Positions 47,401-57,926 of a stretch of 64,000 nt of DNA are shown here, piece by piece. The notes beneath the pieces were generated by a model. The model saw nothing but the letters and a program-made list of their open reading frames with translations. It made no database searches and was not told where the DNA came from. Source of the stretch: Blepharisma stoltei ATCC 30299 (lineage: Eukaryota; Protista; Ciliophora); assembly GCA_965603825.1 (NCBI GenBank), contig CBFDEM010000013.1:806001-870000 (forward strand). The letters run 5' to 3'. Every line of letters starts with the position of its first letter. Within the stretch, counting starts at the first letter, position 1. Both the position numbers and the translations under genes were made by a program.

Positions 47401-48224
47401 ATGCTGATCTGAAGCCTGAAGGAGCCTATGAAACAGCCAATAAATTTGCTATAACAAAAGGAAAAATACAATTTGACAATGTTTTTATGAAATATCGAGA
47501 AAACTTTGATTATGCCCTAAAAGGCCTTTCTTTTACAATAGAGCCTGGCCTTAAGGTTGGAGTTGTGGGGAGAACCGGCGCTGGGAAGTCCTCAATTTTA
47601 CAAGTTTTATTTAGACTGGTAAATCCTGCTCAAGGGACTATATATATAGATGACCAAGACTATTTAGTAGCTGGCCTTCACCAATTGAGAAAACAGATGT
47701 CAGTGATTCCTCAGCAGGCTATTATTTTTAATGCAACTTTTAGGGACAATTTAGACCCATTCCATGAGCATAGCACTGACGAAATTTTGGCAGCTCTTAA
47801 TGAAGTAAATCTTAGCGGTATAGTAAGTTCATTATCAAATGGCTTAGAAACCTATATAAGAGGGGAAGGCATAAATTTATCATCAGGTCAAAAACAATTA
47901 GTATGCTTAGCCAGAGCCATTTTGAGGAAAAATAAAGTGGTAATGATGGATGAAGCCACGGCAAATGTAGACAATGAGACTGATAATATGATAAACTCTA
48001 TAGTAAAAACCAAATTTGAAGGCTGTACACTTTTAATTATTGCCCATAGGCTGAGGACTATTATTGACAGTGACAAAATTCTGGTAGTTTCTGAAGGAAT
48101 CTGCAAAGAAGAAGGCAAACCAGCTGATCTCGCAGCCCAGGAAGACTCATTTTTCAGAAAAATGATCGACCATACAGGCGTTGAGGAGTCAAAATATCTG
48201 CTTAATAAACTCAGCATATTCTAA
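44469..48224 (+). CDS. ABC transporter subfamily C (MRP4-like), 1251 aa
   Basis: TMD-NBD-TMD-NBD layout: GPVGAGKSS, LSGGQKARISLARA, DDPLSAVD, GRTGAGKSS, LSSGQKQL, DEATANVD. One TGA=Trp at 45183-45185. Confidence 0.95.
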
Positions 48225-48238
48225 AGATTTTTATAAAA

Positions 48239-48676
48239 TTAATTTCTTGAATAACTACAAATGTTGCATATATTTTCATTGGCCAGGTTCAGTTTTCCAC
48301 ATCTTTGGCATCGCCAATTTGTCTTTTTCATAGCATGCTGAATTAAATTTGTGGTAATATGAGAAATTTTAGGCTGAGGTGGCTCCATTGCAGGAGCATT
48401 TCGTTTTTTAGTGACTTTTAAATAGAGACCTTGCCCATTCATGGTATCTACAGCCCTTGCAAAATCTGCCTCAGTTTTTAATGGTCTTCAGAGTAGGGAT
48501 TCTCCGTCATCTTCAAATTCAACAGTCAAATAATTTCAAGAGACTCCTAGCTCTCTGCTGACCCTTTGAGAAAGCTCGTGGATACTCCTTGGGAAATCTG
48601 AATAGCTTCTAGGGCCTTCTTCGTTGACATTTAGAATAAATGATAAATTTTCAATTGGACCTAATTTTTCGACCAT
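48239..48676 (-). CDS. PB1-like + RanBP2-type zinc-finger protein, 145 aa
   Basis: ATG 48676, 2 TGA=Trp. Acidic EFEDDGE...TEADFARA (OPCA-like) and WRCQRCGKLNLANENICNIC. Confidence 0.65.
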
Positions 48677-49003
48677 TTTATGATTTATAGAAGCTAAGTT
48701 TTAAATAATTTTCATATGAGACTGCAGTTTATTTGTGGTGATTATGTCCTATGAAGAGAGATTCTCTTTTTGTAAGAAATTTTCAACACTGGGAGTTGCG
48801 CGAGTATGGAGTCATTGAATTTGGGATGCTTTAAGCTGAATAAGCTTCTGATTATTCTTTTTATTAAACTATAGTGACTGATTTGCATATCCTTCAAAAA
48901 AATTAATCCAAAATTAATATATCTTTATTTCTCTATCATTTACAAGATATTCTCCTAAAAGAAATTTAGTTATGATCATAAAAATATATCCCAAAATCCT
49001 CCT

Positions 49004-49043
49004 AATCCCCTTCTATTTTCCGCTCATTTATTTCTCACTACCC
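49004..49043 (+). promoter_or_regulatory. Candidate promoter motifs AATCCCCT...CACTACCC upstream of 14-3-3
   Basis: C-rich sense-strand tract that shares two 8-mers with the GAPDH upstream region. Confidence 0.35.
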
Positions 49044-49126
49044 CAAACTCCCCTTTCTCTTCCCTATTACTAATTTCCTAAAAATTATCCTATTAGCTTA
49101 TTTTCATCATAGCCTAATAAAAAGGG

Positions 49127-49879
49127 ATGGAGGACTTAACCTACAAAGCCAAACTCGCTGAACAGGCTGAGAGATACGACGACATGATTAACATCATGAA
49201 AAACGTTATCAACCAAGCCACTGAGCTCAACGTGGACCAAAGAAACCTCCTAAGTGTCGGCTACAAAAACATTGTCGGTGTCCGCAGGACCGCATGGCGA
49301 ACAATTTCTGCATTAGAAGCCAAAGAAGACTCTCGCGGAAACGCCAAAAGAGTGGAACTTGCCCGTGCTTACCGTCTGAAAATTGAAGAAGAGCTGAACA
49401 AATCTTGTCAAGAGATTCTTGATGAGATTACACTGATCCTCAATAAAAAGCAAAATTCCAAAGAAGCCCAGGTCTTCTTTTTAAAGATGCAAGGAGATTA
49501 CTATAGATATATGGCTGAGTACCAGACCTCAGAAGTCAATAGAGCTAGGTATGGAAACGCTGCAGCTGAGAACGCTGCGAGAGTTTACCAGCAGGCATTG
49601 GACCTTGCAACTGCTGAGTTGCCACCTACTCACCCAATTAGGTTAGGATTGGCTTTAAATTATTCAGTGTTTTTCTATGAAGTCAAAGAACAGCCAAACG
49701 AAGCATGTAATATGGCAAGAAATGCATTCGACCAAGCCATTGCAGAGCTCGACAACTTAGACGAAGACCAATATAAAGACAGCACCACCATCATGCAGCT
49801 CATCAGAGATAACTTGACACTTTGGACTTCTGAAATGCAAGAAGAGCCAAAAGACAACGCTCAAGTAGAAGACCTCTAA
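49127..49879 (+). CDS. 14-3-3 protein
   Basis: AKLAEQAERYDDM, RNLLSVGYKNIVG, KMQGDYYRY, PTHPIRLGLALNYSVFFYE and YKDSTTIMQLIRDNLTLW. Confidence 0.98.
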   Translation: MEDLTYKAKLAEQAERYDDMINIMKNVINQATELNVDQRNLLSVGYKNIVGVRRTAWRTISALEAKEDSRGNAKRVELARAYRLKIEEELNKSCQEILDEITLILNKKQNSKEAQVFFLKMQGDYYRYMAEYQTSEVNRARYGNAAAENAARVYQQALDLATAELPPTHPIRLGLALNYSVFFYEVKEQPNEACNMARNAFDQAIAELDNLDEDQYKDSTTIMQLIRDNLTLWTSEMQEEPKDNAQVEDL

Positions 49880-49996
49880 CTAAGAAATTTAACAGCAGGA
49901 TTTTTTAAATGGTTTTTATTAATTTTCGTTCAAAATCAGCCATTCTGATAATGCAAAATCTATATAAATTCCTTTGTGATTTATTTTTATAATAAA

Positions 49997-52144
49997 ATGC
50001 AAGACGAAGGACACGAGTAATTTTTATGAAGATTTTCGTCACTATTAGACGACATAGAAAGCCAAAATATAGCCCCGATACAAGAAAGTTATCAGCAAAT
50101 CCTTAACAAATTTGGGAGTGTAGGGATCCGGGCCTGAAAAAATATTTTAAATGATTTAAGCATACAATACAGCATTGATTTGAGCCCTATATTGAATGAG
50201 CTGAAATCTCAAAGCAATGATGAGTATTTTTTATGTAGTCATTTTCCAATTGAAAATATATTGGAAATAATCAAAAATTATTGTAAAGCAAAATTAATGG
50301 AACAGCCGAAACGGTCACCTCCGAAGATTGGAAGTAGAAGCAGCATAAGAAAAGCTAGCGAAAGATATATTGAGTCTGACATTGATGAGAAATTTGCATT
50401 GGAAAACCCTGAATTTCAGAATAAAAAGAATTTTGATGAGTTTGTTAGAAGACTTAATTTGAATAAAGCTTGGCTAGGCAGCACATTAAGCACGATAAGT
50501 CTATATGAATTATTTGATGAGCTTCTTGCTAAATGCAAAGTAAATGCAACACTCAATCAAATAAAAGGCTTTAAGGAGCAGTTACAAAGCTATATAAAAA
50601 AAGAAAACCCATCATTTGACTATGAGCCGTTTATTATGCCAGAAATCGACAAAATGCTTGAAAATGAAGAAAAAGATACAAATGAGAAGCCAAAAATTGA
50701 CCAAGTTTCTCTAGAAGACTTTATAAAATTGATTAAAAACTGGTTTAAATTTGAAAACCCAGAACTATTACCATATCAAAAAAATCCTTCAACTAAGCAA
50801 AGTTTACAGCCTAGTTTTGTCTCAAAATTTTCAGAAATCAGCCTTACTCCTATGAATAATTCTCAAAATACAACCCAGCCATTAGATTTCCAGCAGAAAC
50901 TTATCCAGACAATTTCTGAATACGAAATGATCAGAGCCCAAAAATTGCAAAATAATGAGGACGTCTCAATTATTGATAATCTAATTGGAACTTTAAAAAA
51001 TCAGCTTAAAAAAGCTCCAAGTACTTCAAAATCAAAAAAAGAAAAAACTTTTGAAGAACGCTGTCTAAGTGGTCTCCATGAAATTTTTTCCTACTATGCT
51101 GTCCAGCAGAAACTTCTAGGAAAAACCCCAACTTTTGACGCAATTCAAAAAAATTCTGAAACACTTAATATAGGGAAATATTTAAAATTTTGTAGAGATT
51201 TTGGGCTTATCGATAAACATCGCTCGTCAGAAAAAAAGTTTATAACCCAACAAACAGCACAAAAAATTTTTGCAAAATACTCGGTTTTGCAAAAAGAGAT
51301 GGATGAAGCTAATTTTATCCAATCTTTAATGCTAATGGCACAATTTTATTTTGATGCAGAGTATGATAAAATTTATGGGACAGATTATAAGTCTCTTACC
51401 CCAGATGAAAAGAAAATCCAATTTTTCGAGCTCATTGGCTGCCATGACGCTCAGATTTTTTCTCAAAGATTAAAAGGGTTTATAAGGCCTTTTGACTCTG
51501 AAGTACCCTCAAGGCTGCCAGAAAATGATATAAGCAAAAGATATAAGTTTCAACCTGTGAAAACTCAGCAGCAAAAACAAATGGTTGAGGAATGAAAAAA
51601 ACAAAAAGACACTGAAAGGAAGCAGCAGCAATCCTCTATAATGGAAAAATCTACACGTATAAAAATTTCGTCCTGTGAGCCAGCGCCTGCAGATGCTATT
51701 GCGACAGTCCACCAAATTCCTGCACCTGAAGGGTATAAAAACAAAATGATGAAAAAAAATGAAACTGTTACATGAAAAGGGTTAGGGGAAATGACTGTAA
51801 ATGATTTATTAAAAGATGAAGAATTCAATTATGACACATTAATTGCTGACAGCAATGACAGCGGTGATGAGTTTCTAAAAAAGCAATACCCCCTGCCAAA
51901 ATCTCAATCCCAAGCAGTCCTTGAAATAAATCCAAAAATATCATACAAAAAAGAAGTTCTCCAAAACCATAACGAAGCACGGCATTTAAAAAGCCTGACA
52001 AATAAGACACTTCAAAGAGCTGATGAACTGTTAGAAGCAGCCAGAAAATCTGAAGATAGTCGGATACAGCGAGGGTTAAAATTAGTTGATGCAAGAATGA
52101 ACCGAATGAACCAATACGCTGCTAAATTAAGAAAGGGTAATTAA
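49997..52144 (+). CDS. Uncharacterised protein, ~710 aa, with a p25-alpha/EF-hand-like segment
   Basis: ATG 49997, intron 50017-50031, 3 TGA=Trp. LHEIFSYYA...LNIGKYLKFCRDFGL...AQKIFAK...MDEANFIQSL. Confidence 0.7.
50017..50031 (+). other. 15-nt spliceosomal intron
   Basis: GTAATTTTTATGAAG; retention gives an in-frame TAA. Confidence 0.8.
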
Positions 52145-52309
52145 TACTTTAATTAAACTATCTATATAAAAACTAAAAATTTCTAAAACTCAAAGAAATT
52201 TAAATTTTGGAATTTTTAATTGTTGGATGATAAAAAATTGTGATCATAAAAATGGATGATTGGTGTATATGGATATATTTAATTGAAATTCTGATAAATA
52301 ATCCGATAA

Positions 52310-52594
52310 ATGGGCCTGTGTATGACCAAGTCGATCACTTCTGGAAAGGTCAAAATAAGTGAGATAAAAAAAACTTACAGATTGTCAGATAAAGACAAAA
52401 AGAAACTTTGGAAACGGAAATCGATAAACGCACCTCAACTTGTAATTAGTAACAACCTCTTGTATAAAAGAAGGATGCTACAAATTGAAAAAGTACAGAC
52501 ACAAGCGCTGATGACAGCTTGTGACAGTAATTCTTGTTCAGCAATTGCGTGCAGCTGTATACAGTGCAATGAGCTGAACTTAGTTAGGAATTAA
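52310..52594 (+). CDS. Small basic protein with a putative N-acylation motif (MGLC), 94 aa
   Basis: Clean ATG-to-TAA ORF in AT-rich flanks, with an MGxCxxK start. Confidence 0.55.
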   Translation: MGLCMTKSITSGKVKISEIKKTYRLSDKDKKKLWKRKSINAPQLVISNNLLYKRRMLQIEKVQTQALMTACDSNSCSAIACSCIQCNELNLVRN

Positions 52595-53209
52595 ATTAAT
52601 TCTAAAATTTTGTTTAAAGCCTTCACTTTTTTGCTAAATTTTCAGGCTAAGTCGAAAAGGAACTTGCTATTAGAAATCTACAAGCAGCTTATCCTGGCTA
52701 TAAATGACTGGCCGGCCATATTTTGTATACACATTTACAATTAATTTTTATTTTTTGAATAAACTTAGAAAGTCATAACTTTTGAGTAACCAGCATAGAA
52801 AATATTTTTAATTTAATTCAAATTGAAAATTATGAAGGAAATTTAAAAATATGGATTTTATGAGTAATGATATTTGCAAGAAATTTCGCTTAATCCTAAT
52901 AAAAATGAAACCTTTTAAGCCTTATATAGACAAAAGCAATAAAATTTTAATAGAATCATACGGTATTGAAAGGAACTAGCAACTTATTTTAAAAATATAT
53001 TATAGCTGGTTAGAATATACGAAAAAATATGCTAAAATGAATAAGATTAATAATTTCTAAGCCAAAAATAATTATCTTAAGACATAGAGATAGAAAAATA
53101 AGAAAGGATTTTATTACATAAATTTTTCCAAAACTTATAATAAATAATTATTATTAAGAAAAATTTAATAATTTAGTCTTTTAGAACTCATAACTAAATT
53201 AAATATAAA

Positions 53210-53216
53210 CACGTCA
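53210..53216 (-). promoter_or_regulatory. UPRE/CRE-like TGACGTG site upstream of the bZIP gene
   Basis: CACGTCA on the + strand, ~55 nt before ATG 53272, in a very AT-rich spacer. Confidence 0.35.
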
Positions 53217-53271
53217 GCTATTTTTCAAATATGGCTTATCCTAATCCCTGAGTCTCTCTGATATATAAATA

Positions 53272-54585
53272 ATGGAAGATATAAATTTCGATACAGTGTT
53301 CGACAGTGTTCTCGATCAATATTTAAACCCAGACCTTGACCAAGCCTCAACAAATGTTTCCCCAATAGAAAATGAAGATCCTTACTTCAATTTGGATCCC
53401 ATTCCCACAGATAATTCTCAAGATATATTTCTCTCAGAAAAAGATCCAAAAATCTTTTCTTCATCGCTTCTGCTGCAAAACTTCGACAATTCCGATTACA
53501 TCCGATCAGAAATCTGCTCCTTGTGTGGGAAAAATCTTGTAAAATCAGAAGATGGCACCTGCAAAATTCCAAAAAAGCGAAAAAGGCTTGATGCCACCCC
53601 TTCTTGTGCATCTACTAAAGTATGCCTGGACTGCAAAAAGCTTGACATCAAAGACTTAAACAGCTACAAAAATGCTTCAAAAACCTCAAAAATGGTCATA
53701 AAAAGAGAAAATGCTAAAAAGGCATTTTTACAAAAAAAGAGCGAGGAATTACAAAAATTGGAAGAAGAGGAAAAAATAATCCTTGAAAACAGCAAAAATT
53801 TGCCTATTGAAGAACAAAAAAGGCTGAAGCAAAAAATGAGGAATAGAGTCTCCGCACAAAGGAGTAGAGACAAGAAGAAAGAACTGCTGACACAGCTGAT
53901 TGAAGAAAACGAGAATTTAAAATCAAAAAATAATGAGCTTAAAAGAAGGCTTATCGAAGCAGAAAATGAAAATGCTCATTTAAAGAAGCAGCTTTCACAT
54001 GAGTATATTGGAGACTCAGGCAGCATGCCCAAGACAGCTAAGTACCTTTCTCTTGGATTTATTGCTGCTATATCAGTAATAATGATAGTGTCGACTTCTC
54101 AGCCACAAATGCAAGGGACTGAGCTCAAAGCTCTGCCTTCAAGAAAATTGATTGAAGTCCCAGCAATTCGTCAAAAAGGTGAGGTAAAAATTATTGATGA
54201 AGTAAGTATTTTTCCTGATAAAGATAAATACTTACCTATAAGTGAGCTAAATGAGTATCGGCAGAACCGCATGGATATGTATGAAAACGTCCCAAGTTTC
54301 CGGTCATTTGAAGGTGCAAATGATCCTTGTGCTAGAAATATGATAAATCAAGTACGGGATGGGAAGTTCACTACTTTATTCTGCCCTAGTATCCAGGCAT
54401 TTTGGGATCAAAGCCAAGAATCCCCAAATCTGCAATTTATCCAAATCGTGACCCCATTGGAAAGTATGTCAGGCTTAGCCCCAGCGACGCCAATAGATCC
54501 ATCACAGGACTATATGTTAGAAATCATATGTAAAGTAACAGATGTCAAAGTCATGCCCGCGATATCTGCTACTATAGATCCATAA
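53272..54585 (+). CDS. Membrane-tethered bZIP transcription factor, ATF6-like
   Basis: bZIP RLKQKMRNRVSAQRSRDKKKE with leucine heptads, TM YLSLGFIAAISVIMIVSTS, S1P-like RKLI, and luminal QIVTP...QDYMLEIICKVTDVK. Confidence 0.8.
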   Translation: MEDINFDTVFDSVLDQYLNPDLDQASTNVSPIENEDPYFNLDPIPTDNSQDIFLSEKDPKIFSSSLLLQNFDNSDYIRSEICSLCGKNLVKSEDGTCKIPKKRKRLDATPSCASTKVCLDCKKLDIKDLNSYKNASKTSKMVIKRENAKKAFLQKKSEELQKLEEEEKIILENSKNLPIEEQKRLKQKMRNRVSAQRSRDKKKELLTQLIEENENLKSKNNELKRRLIEAENENAHLKKQLSHEYIGDSGSMPKTAKYLSLGFIAAISVIMIVSTSQPQMQGTELKALPSRKLIEVPAIRQKGEVKIIDEVSIFPDKDKYLPISELNEYRQNRMDMYENVPSFRSFEGANDPCARNMINQVRDGKFTTLFCPSIQAFWDQSQESPNLQFIQIVTPLESMSGLAPATPIDPSQDYMLEIICKVTDVKVMPAISATIDP

Positions 54586-54623
54586 ACTTATTGTAAATTC
54601 TAATTTTAATATCTAGTTAAGGA

Positions 54624-54899
54624 TTAAGCACTTTTGAAGAGTAAAATCCCAATCGGTCCTATGTAAAAATAAATATAATTCCTTGCCTCAAATGTTACGT
54701 GGGCTCCAAAGTGCCTCCCCACAATGCAATGCCAATGAGGCTGGTACCTGTCTTCAAAAGTTTTCTTTATATGAGAAGCGATTTCTTTTTCAGTACTTTT
54801 CGCAGATATTGCATTGATGGCAGTCTCGATTGCAAAATCTTTCATTTCTGGCTCCATTTCGTCAATCTTGATAACTGCGCTAAGGTTTCCTGAAGTCAT
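54624..54899 (-). CDS. Dynein light chain, LC8 type
   Basis: EKEIASHIKKTFEDRYQPHWHCIVGRHFGAHVTFE...YIYFYIG...LLFKS. Confidence 0.93.
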   Translation of the reverse strand: MTSGNLSAVIKIDEMEPEMKDFAIETAINAISAKSTEKEIASHIKKTFEDRYQPHWHCIVGRHFGAHVTFEARNYIYFYIGPIGILLFKSA

Positions 54900-54952
54900 T
54901 TTTATTTATATTTGTTTACAACTGTCCTATTTAATTTTATTGAAATATTTAT

Positions 54953-56182
54953 TTAAGCCAGCTCATTGAAAATCCTCATAAAAGACTCCGCGCAAGAGAC
55001 TGCTTCTGGTCTTCTCTCAGGATTTTCATCAAGAATTTTCATCAAAAGTTCAGCAATATTTTCATCAATTTCTGAAAAATCGCGGTTTTCTTTATAATGT
55101 TTTTGAGTCAAAATATAGTAGCATAAGCACCCATATGCATAAATATCACAATAAATATTTTTAACCCCTCTCAGAGCTTCTGGAGATGCATATAATGGCT
55201 CTTTATATGATCTCGGGCTGATATTTTCATATCCAATAATAGCGGAATTTTCTAAATCTCCAATTGCAAAGGTATTTTTTATTACTTTGAAAACACTCCA
55301 TGGAGAAATGTTCAGTGATAAAATTTTCTTCATATGCATAAAGCTGAGCCCTAAGCCGAGCCCAATAATAATTTCTAGCTTGTCTTTAAGTGAAAATCTT
55401 AGCTTATTGAACACGTCAAATAAGCATGGGAATGAATCTAATACTAATGTTTCTTTTCCTTTGAAATTAGACACCCCATAGCATCTTAATATATTTGAAT
55501 GTGGCAAATGCATATGTAAAAACGCTTCTTTGGAAATTCCTTGTATTTTTACTGGATCTCTTGGGTGTTTTAAATGAACAAGCCTGCCTCCCATGTTGCC
55601 TTTATAAATAACTGAATATTGATCAGTATTTCTTACACGAAAAGGCTGATATTGAGATATCAGCTGTGGAGGAATTGAAAACCAAAAGCCTTCAGTCCAG
55701 TTCGGGATTGATTGAATTGTTGAAATTAAGAAATCTCTATTAAGTTCGTGCAATAACAGCTCGTAGTCTTCTGATGAAGAAAAGCTGACAGACTCCGCAG
55801 TAAACGAGGAATTAATTGTAAAAAGAAAATCAATAGAATCCCCTTCAATTTCAACTAAAATATCGTCGTAAGGAATTCTTGATAAGGCCAGTCTAGAATC
55901 TTTATATAGTTGTAATAGCAATTGTACTAAGCCAGACATGATTTCTTCTCGATGCTTGTGATAAATAATTGCAAGGGGAAATTCGAGGATCTTCCTTTTA
56001 GGCCGAATTTTGGAATTTGATTGAGGGTTGATGATAAGTGAAGCAGAGGGCTGTCTAATTGTATTTTTTTCAAGCTGATCTTCATATTCTTCTGTTTCTA
56101 AGTCAGAATCTCCTTCTGCAGGCTGATTTGGCTCTTTATCCTTACTTGGTAAGCTCTCACTTTGTAGATGTTTGTTTGACAT
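54953..56182 (-). CDS. Protein kinase-fold protein, probable pseudokinase
   Basis: HSNILRCYG, YASPE and DIYAYG are present, but HRD is replaced by SLN, DFG by DLE, and there is no Gly loop. Confidence 0.75.
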   Translation of the reverse strand: MSNKHLQSESLPSKDKEPNQPAEGDSDLETEEYEDQLEKNTIRQPSASLIINPQSNSKIRPKRKILEFPLAIIYHKHREEIMSGLVQLLLQLYKDSRLALSRIPYDDILVEIEGDSIDFLFTINSSFTAESVSFSSSEDYELLLHELNRDFLISTIQSIPNWTEGFWFSIPPQLISQYQPFRVRNTDQYSVIYKGNMGGRLVHLKHPRDPVKIQGISKEAFLHMHLPHSNILRCYGVSNFKGKETLVLDSFPCLFDVFNKLRFSLKDKLEIIIGLGLGLSFMHMKKILSLNISPWSVFKVIKNTFAIGDLENSAIIGYENISPRSYKEPLYASPEALRGVKNIYCDIYAYGCLCYYILTQKHYKENRDFSEIDENIAELLMKILDENPERRPEAVSCAESFMRIFNELA

Positions 56183-56868
56183 TAATATAATAAAATTATC
56201 AAAAATAAAATTATTGTAAAATAGGCTTCAATGATTGATAAAATTTTTCGGTCTCCTGCCAGCATTATTCTCTCTTTAAACAATAATATTTGAGAGAAAT
56301 CACTAAATTTTATCAAACCTAATCTCATTTATGGCTTCTTTATGATTTGGATATTGCTACTTTTATCTAATTAATTTATTTTCATATTTTGCTAATTGCT
56401 TTTAAGCTAATAATATAACTCTAAAACAAAATCTTATATAAATTCGACCTAAAGAACTGAAACAGTTTCTAAATACTATTAGAGTGTGAATTAATTTTAT
56501 TTGAATCCATTTATTAATAAGTAGATGGCCTTAGCATAGCTTAAGCCTCGACAAATATGAGATAGAGATCTGCAAAATGTTATCTTTATTGGATTATTAA
56601 TTTCAATGAAAACTGGCAAAAGCTTCTACACCAAAAAAGAGTATTATGCAAAAATTTAGATTCCTATCAATTACTAGAAAACAAGCAGTTACTTTGCTTG
56701 GATAAGGCTGAAAATGATCAATTTTTTAAACCTAAACCATGAATTTCAATATTTTACTCCATTTTTAGCACAAAATCCAGTTCCAACCCAAACCAATCAA
56801 TCATCCAAAATTCCTTTAATTATATAAGCTCAGTAAAACCTTTAAACTATTTGATTTATTAGGAAAAT

Positions 56869-57654
56869 ATGGAGATTTTTAACGAAAAAGCAAATTCAAT
56901 TTCCTTCGACAGGCGAGATCGCTCACGAACCCCTCTGCCTCCAAAATCAGCCACCCCAAAATTCCTCCCCTCTATAAAAAGAAAGCACAAGTCAACAGAA
57001 AGACCATCAAAGCATAAATCAGACAAAAAAGAAAAAAATTCAATATCACGTGAAGAGTCAGCATCAATAGGCCTAAAATATTATCGGCTCCCTTCTAACT
57101 ACCCTAAGCATTTCGATACGTTTTCTGAGTACACTAACAAAGAAGGCAAACAAATTCCGCTACTGCACCGTGGAATTGTTGTGAAAACACTATATAATCT
57201 GCATAGAGATGTCCAGCCTATAGTTAACAAATTCAATCTCCATTATGCAGCTTTGAGCGAAAACCACCCAACTAAAGGAAAAGCTGCGTTTACAAATAGA
57301 ATTCCATTAAAATTTTTTGGGCCGAATGCACATGCCCATCATATTTTAATTAGGATTAGACATCCCAGCTCACCTAATGACCCCAAAAAATTTTATAATA
57401 AATCAACTCTGCTTGCAATACTTTTCCATGAATTAGCGCATATAAGACACATGGACCATAAGCAGGATTTTATGCTATTAATTAGGGATATATATTCATA
57501 TGCAAATAGGATTAATTTATTTCCGAAAGATGAAGAACATCAAATGCCAAGCTGCAGAGAATGGGAAAAATTAATATATAATTTCAAAGGCCGCGTTTCT
57601 GATGAAGTTTTGAATGACTTATATAAATCAAACGATGCAAGTTTTACAAATTAA
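56869..57654 (+). CDS. WLM (Wss1-like) zinc metalloprotease
   Basis: VQPIVNKFNL...LSEN...ILIRIR...LLAILFHELAHIRHMDHKQDF (HExxH plus a third His). Confidence 0.8.
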   Translation: MEIFNEKANSISFDRRDRSRTPLPPKSATPKFLPSIKRKHKSTERPSKHKSDKKEKNSISREESASIGLKYYRLPSNYPKHFDTFSEYTNKEGKQIPLLHRGIVVKTLYNLHRDVQPIVNKFNLHYAALSENHPTKGKAAFTNRIPLKFFGPNAHAHHILIRIRHPSSPNDPKKFYNKSTLLAILFHELAHIRHMDHKQDFMLLIRDIYSYANRINLFPKDEEHQMPSCREWEKLIYNFKGRVSDEVLNDLYKSNDASFTN

Positions 57655-57926
57655 TTAAAAATGCTTATAAATATTACGGATTTTGAGAATAAAAATTTAC
57701 TAAAAGTCTAGGACATTTGCGATTATTATTATAACTAAAATTTTAGTTGATAGTATTATAAATAATAAACCTGAGAAGCTCACTATAAGATTTATAATTA
57801 ATTATGCACGAAAATTATTTAATTTGCCATTCATTAACAATTATTAATAGATTTTTGTGTATTCAATCGAAAAATTGCTGCTAAAACTCATTTTTTATAT
57901 CTTTATTGATTTTTTGTATAATCATA

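Noticed and set aside
48738-48851. Possible C/D-box snoRNA in the divergent spacer before 14-3-3
   Set aside because: Only degenerate box C candidates (GTGATTA, ATGAAGA), and I could not identify a convincing rRNA-complementary guide. It needs snoscan or Infernal.
52709-52718. GC-rich palindrome TGGCCGGCCA in a spacer
   Set aside because: A single isolated 10-mer with no second copy noticed and no supporting structure.
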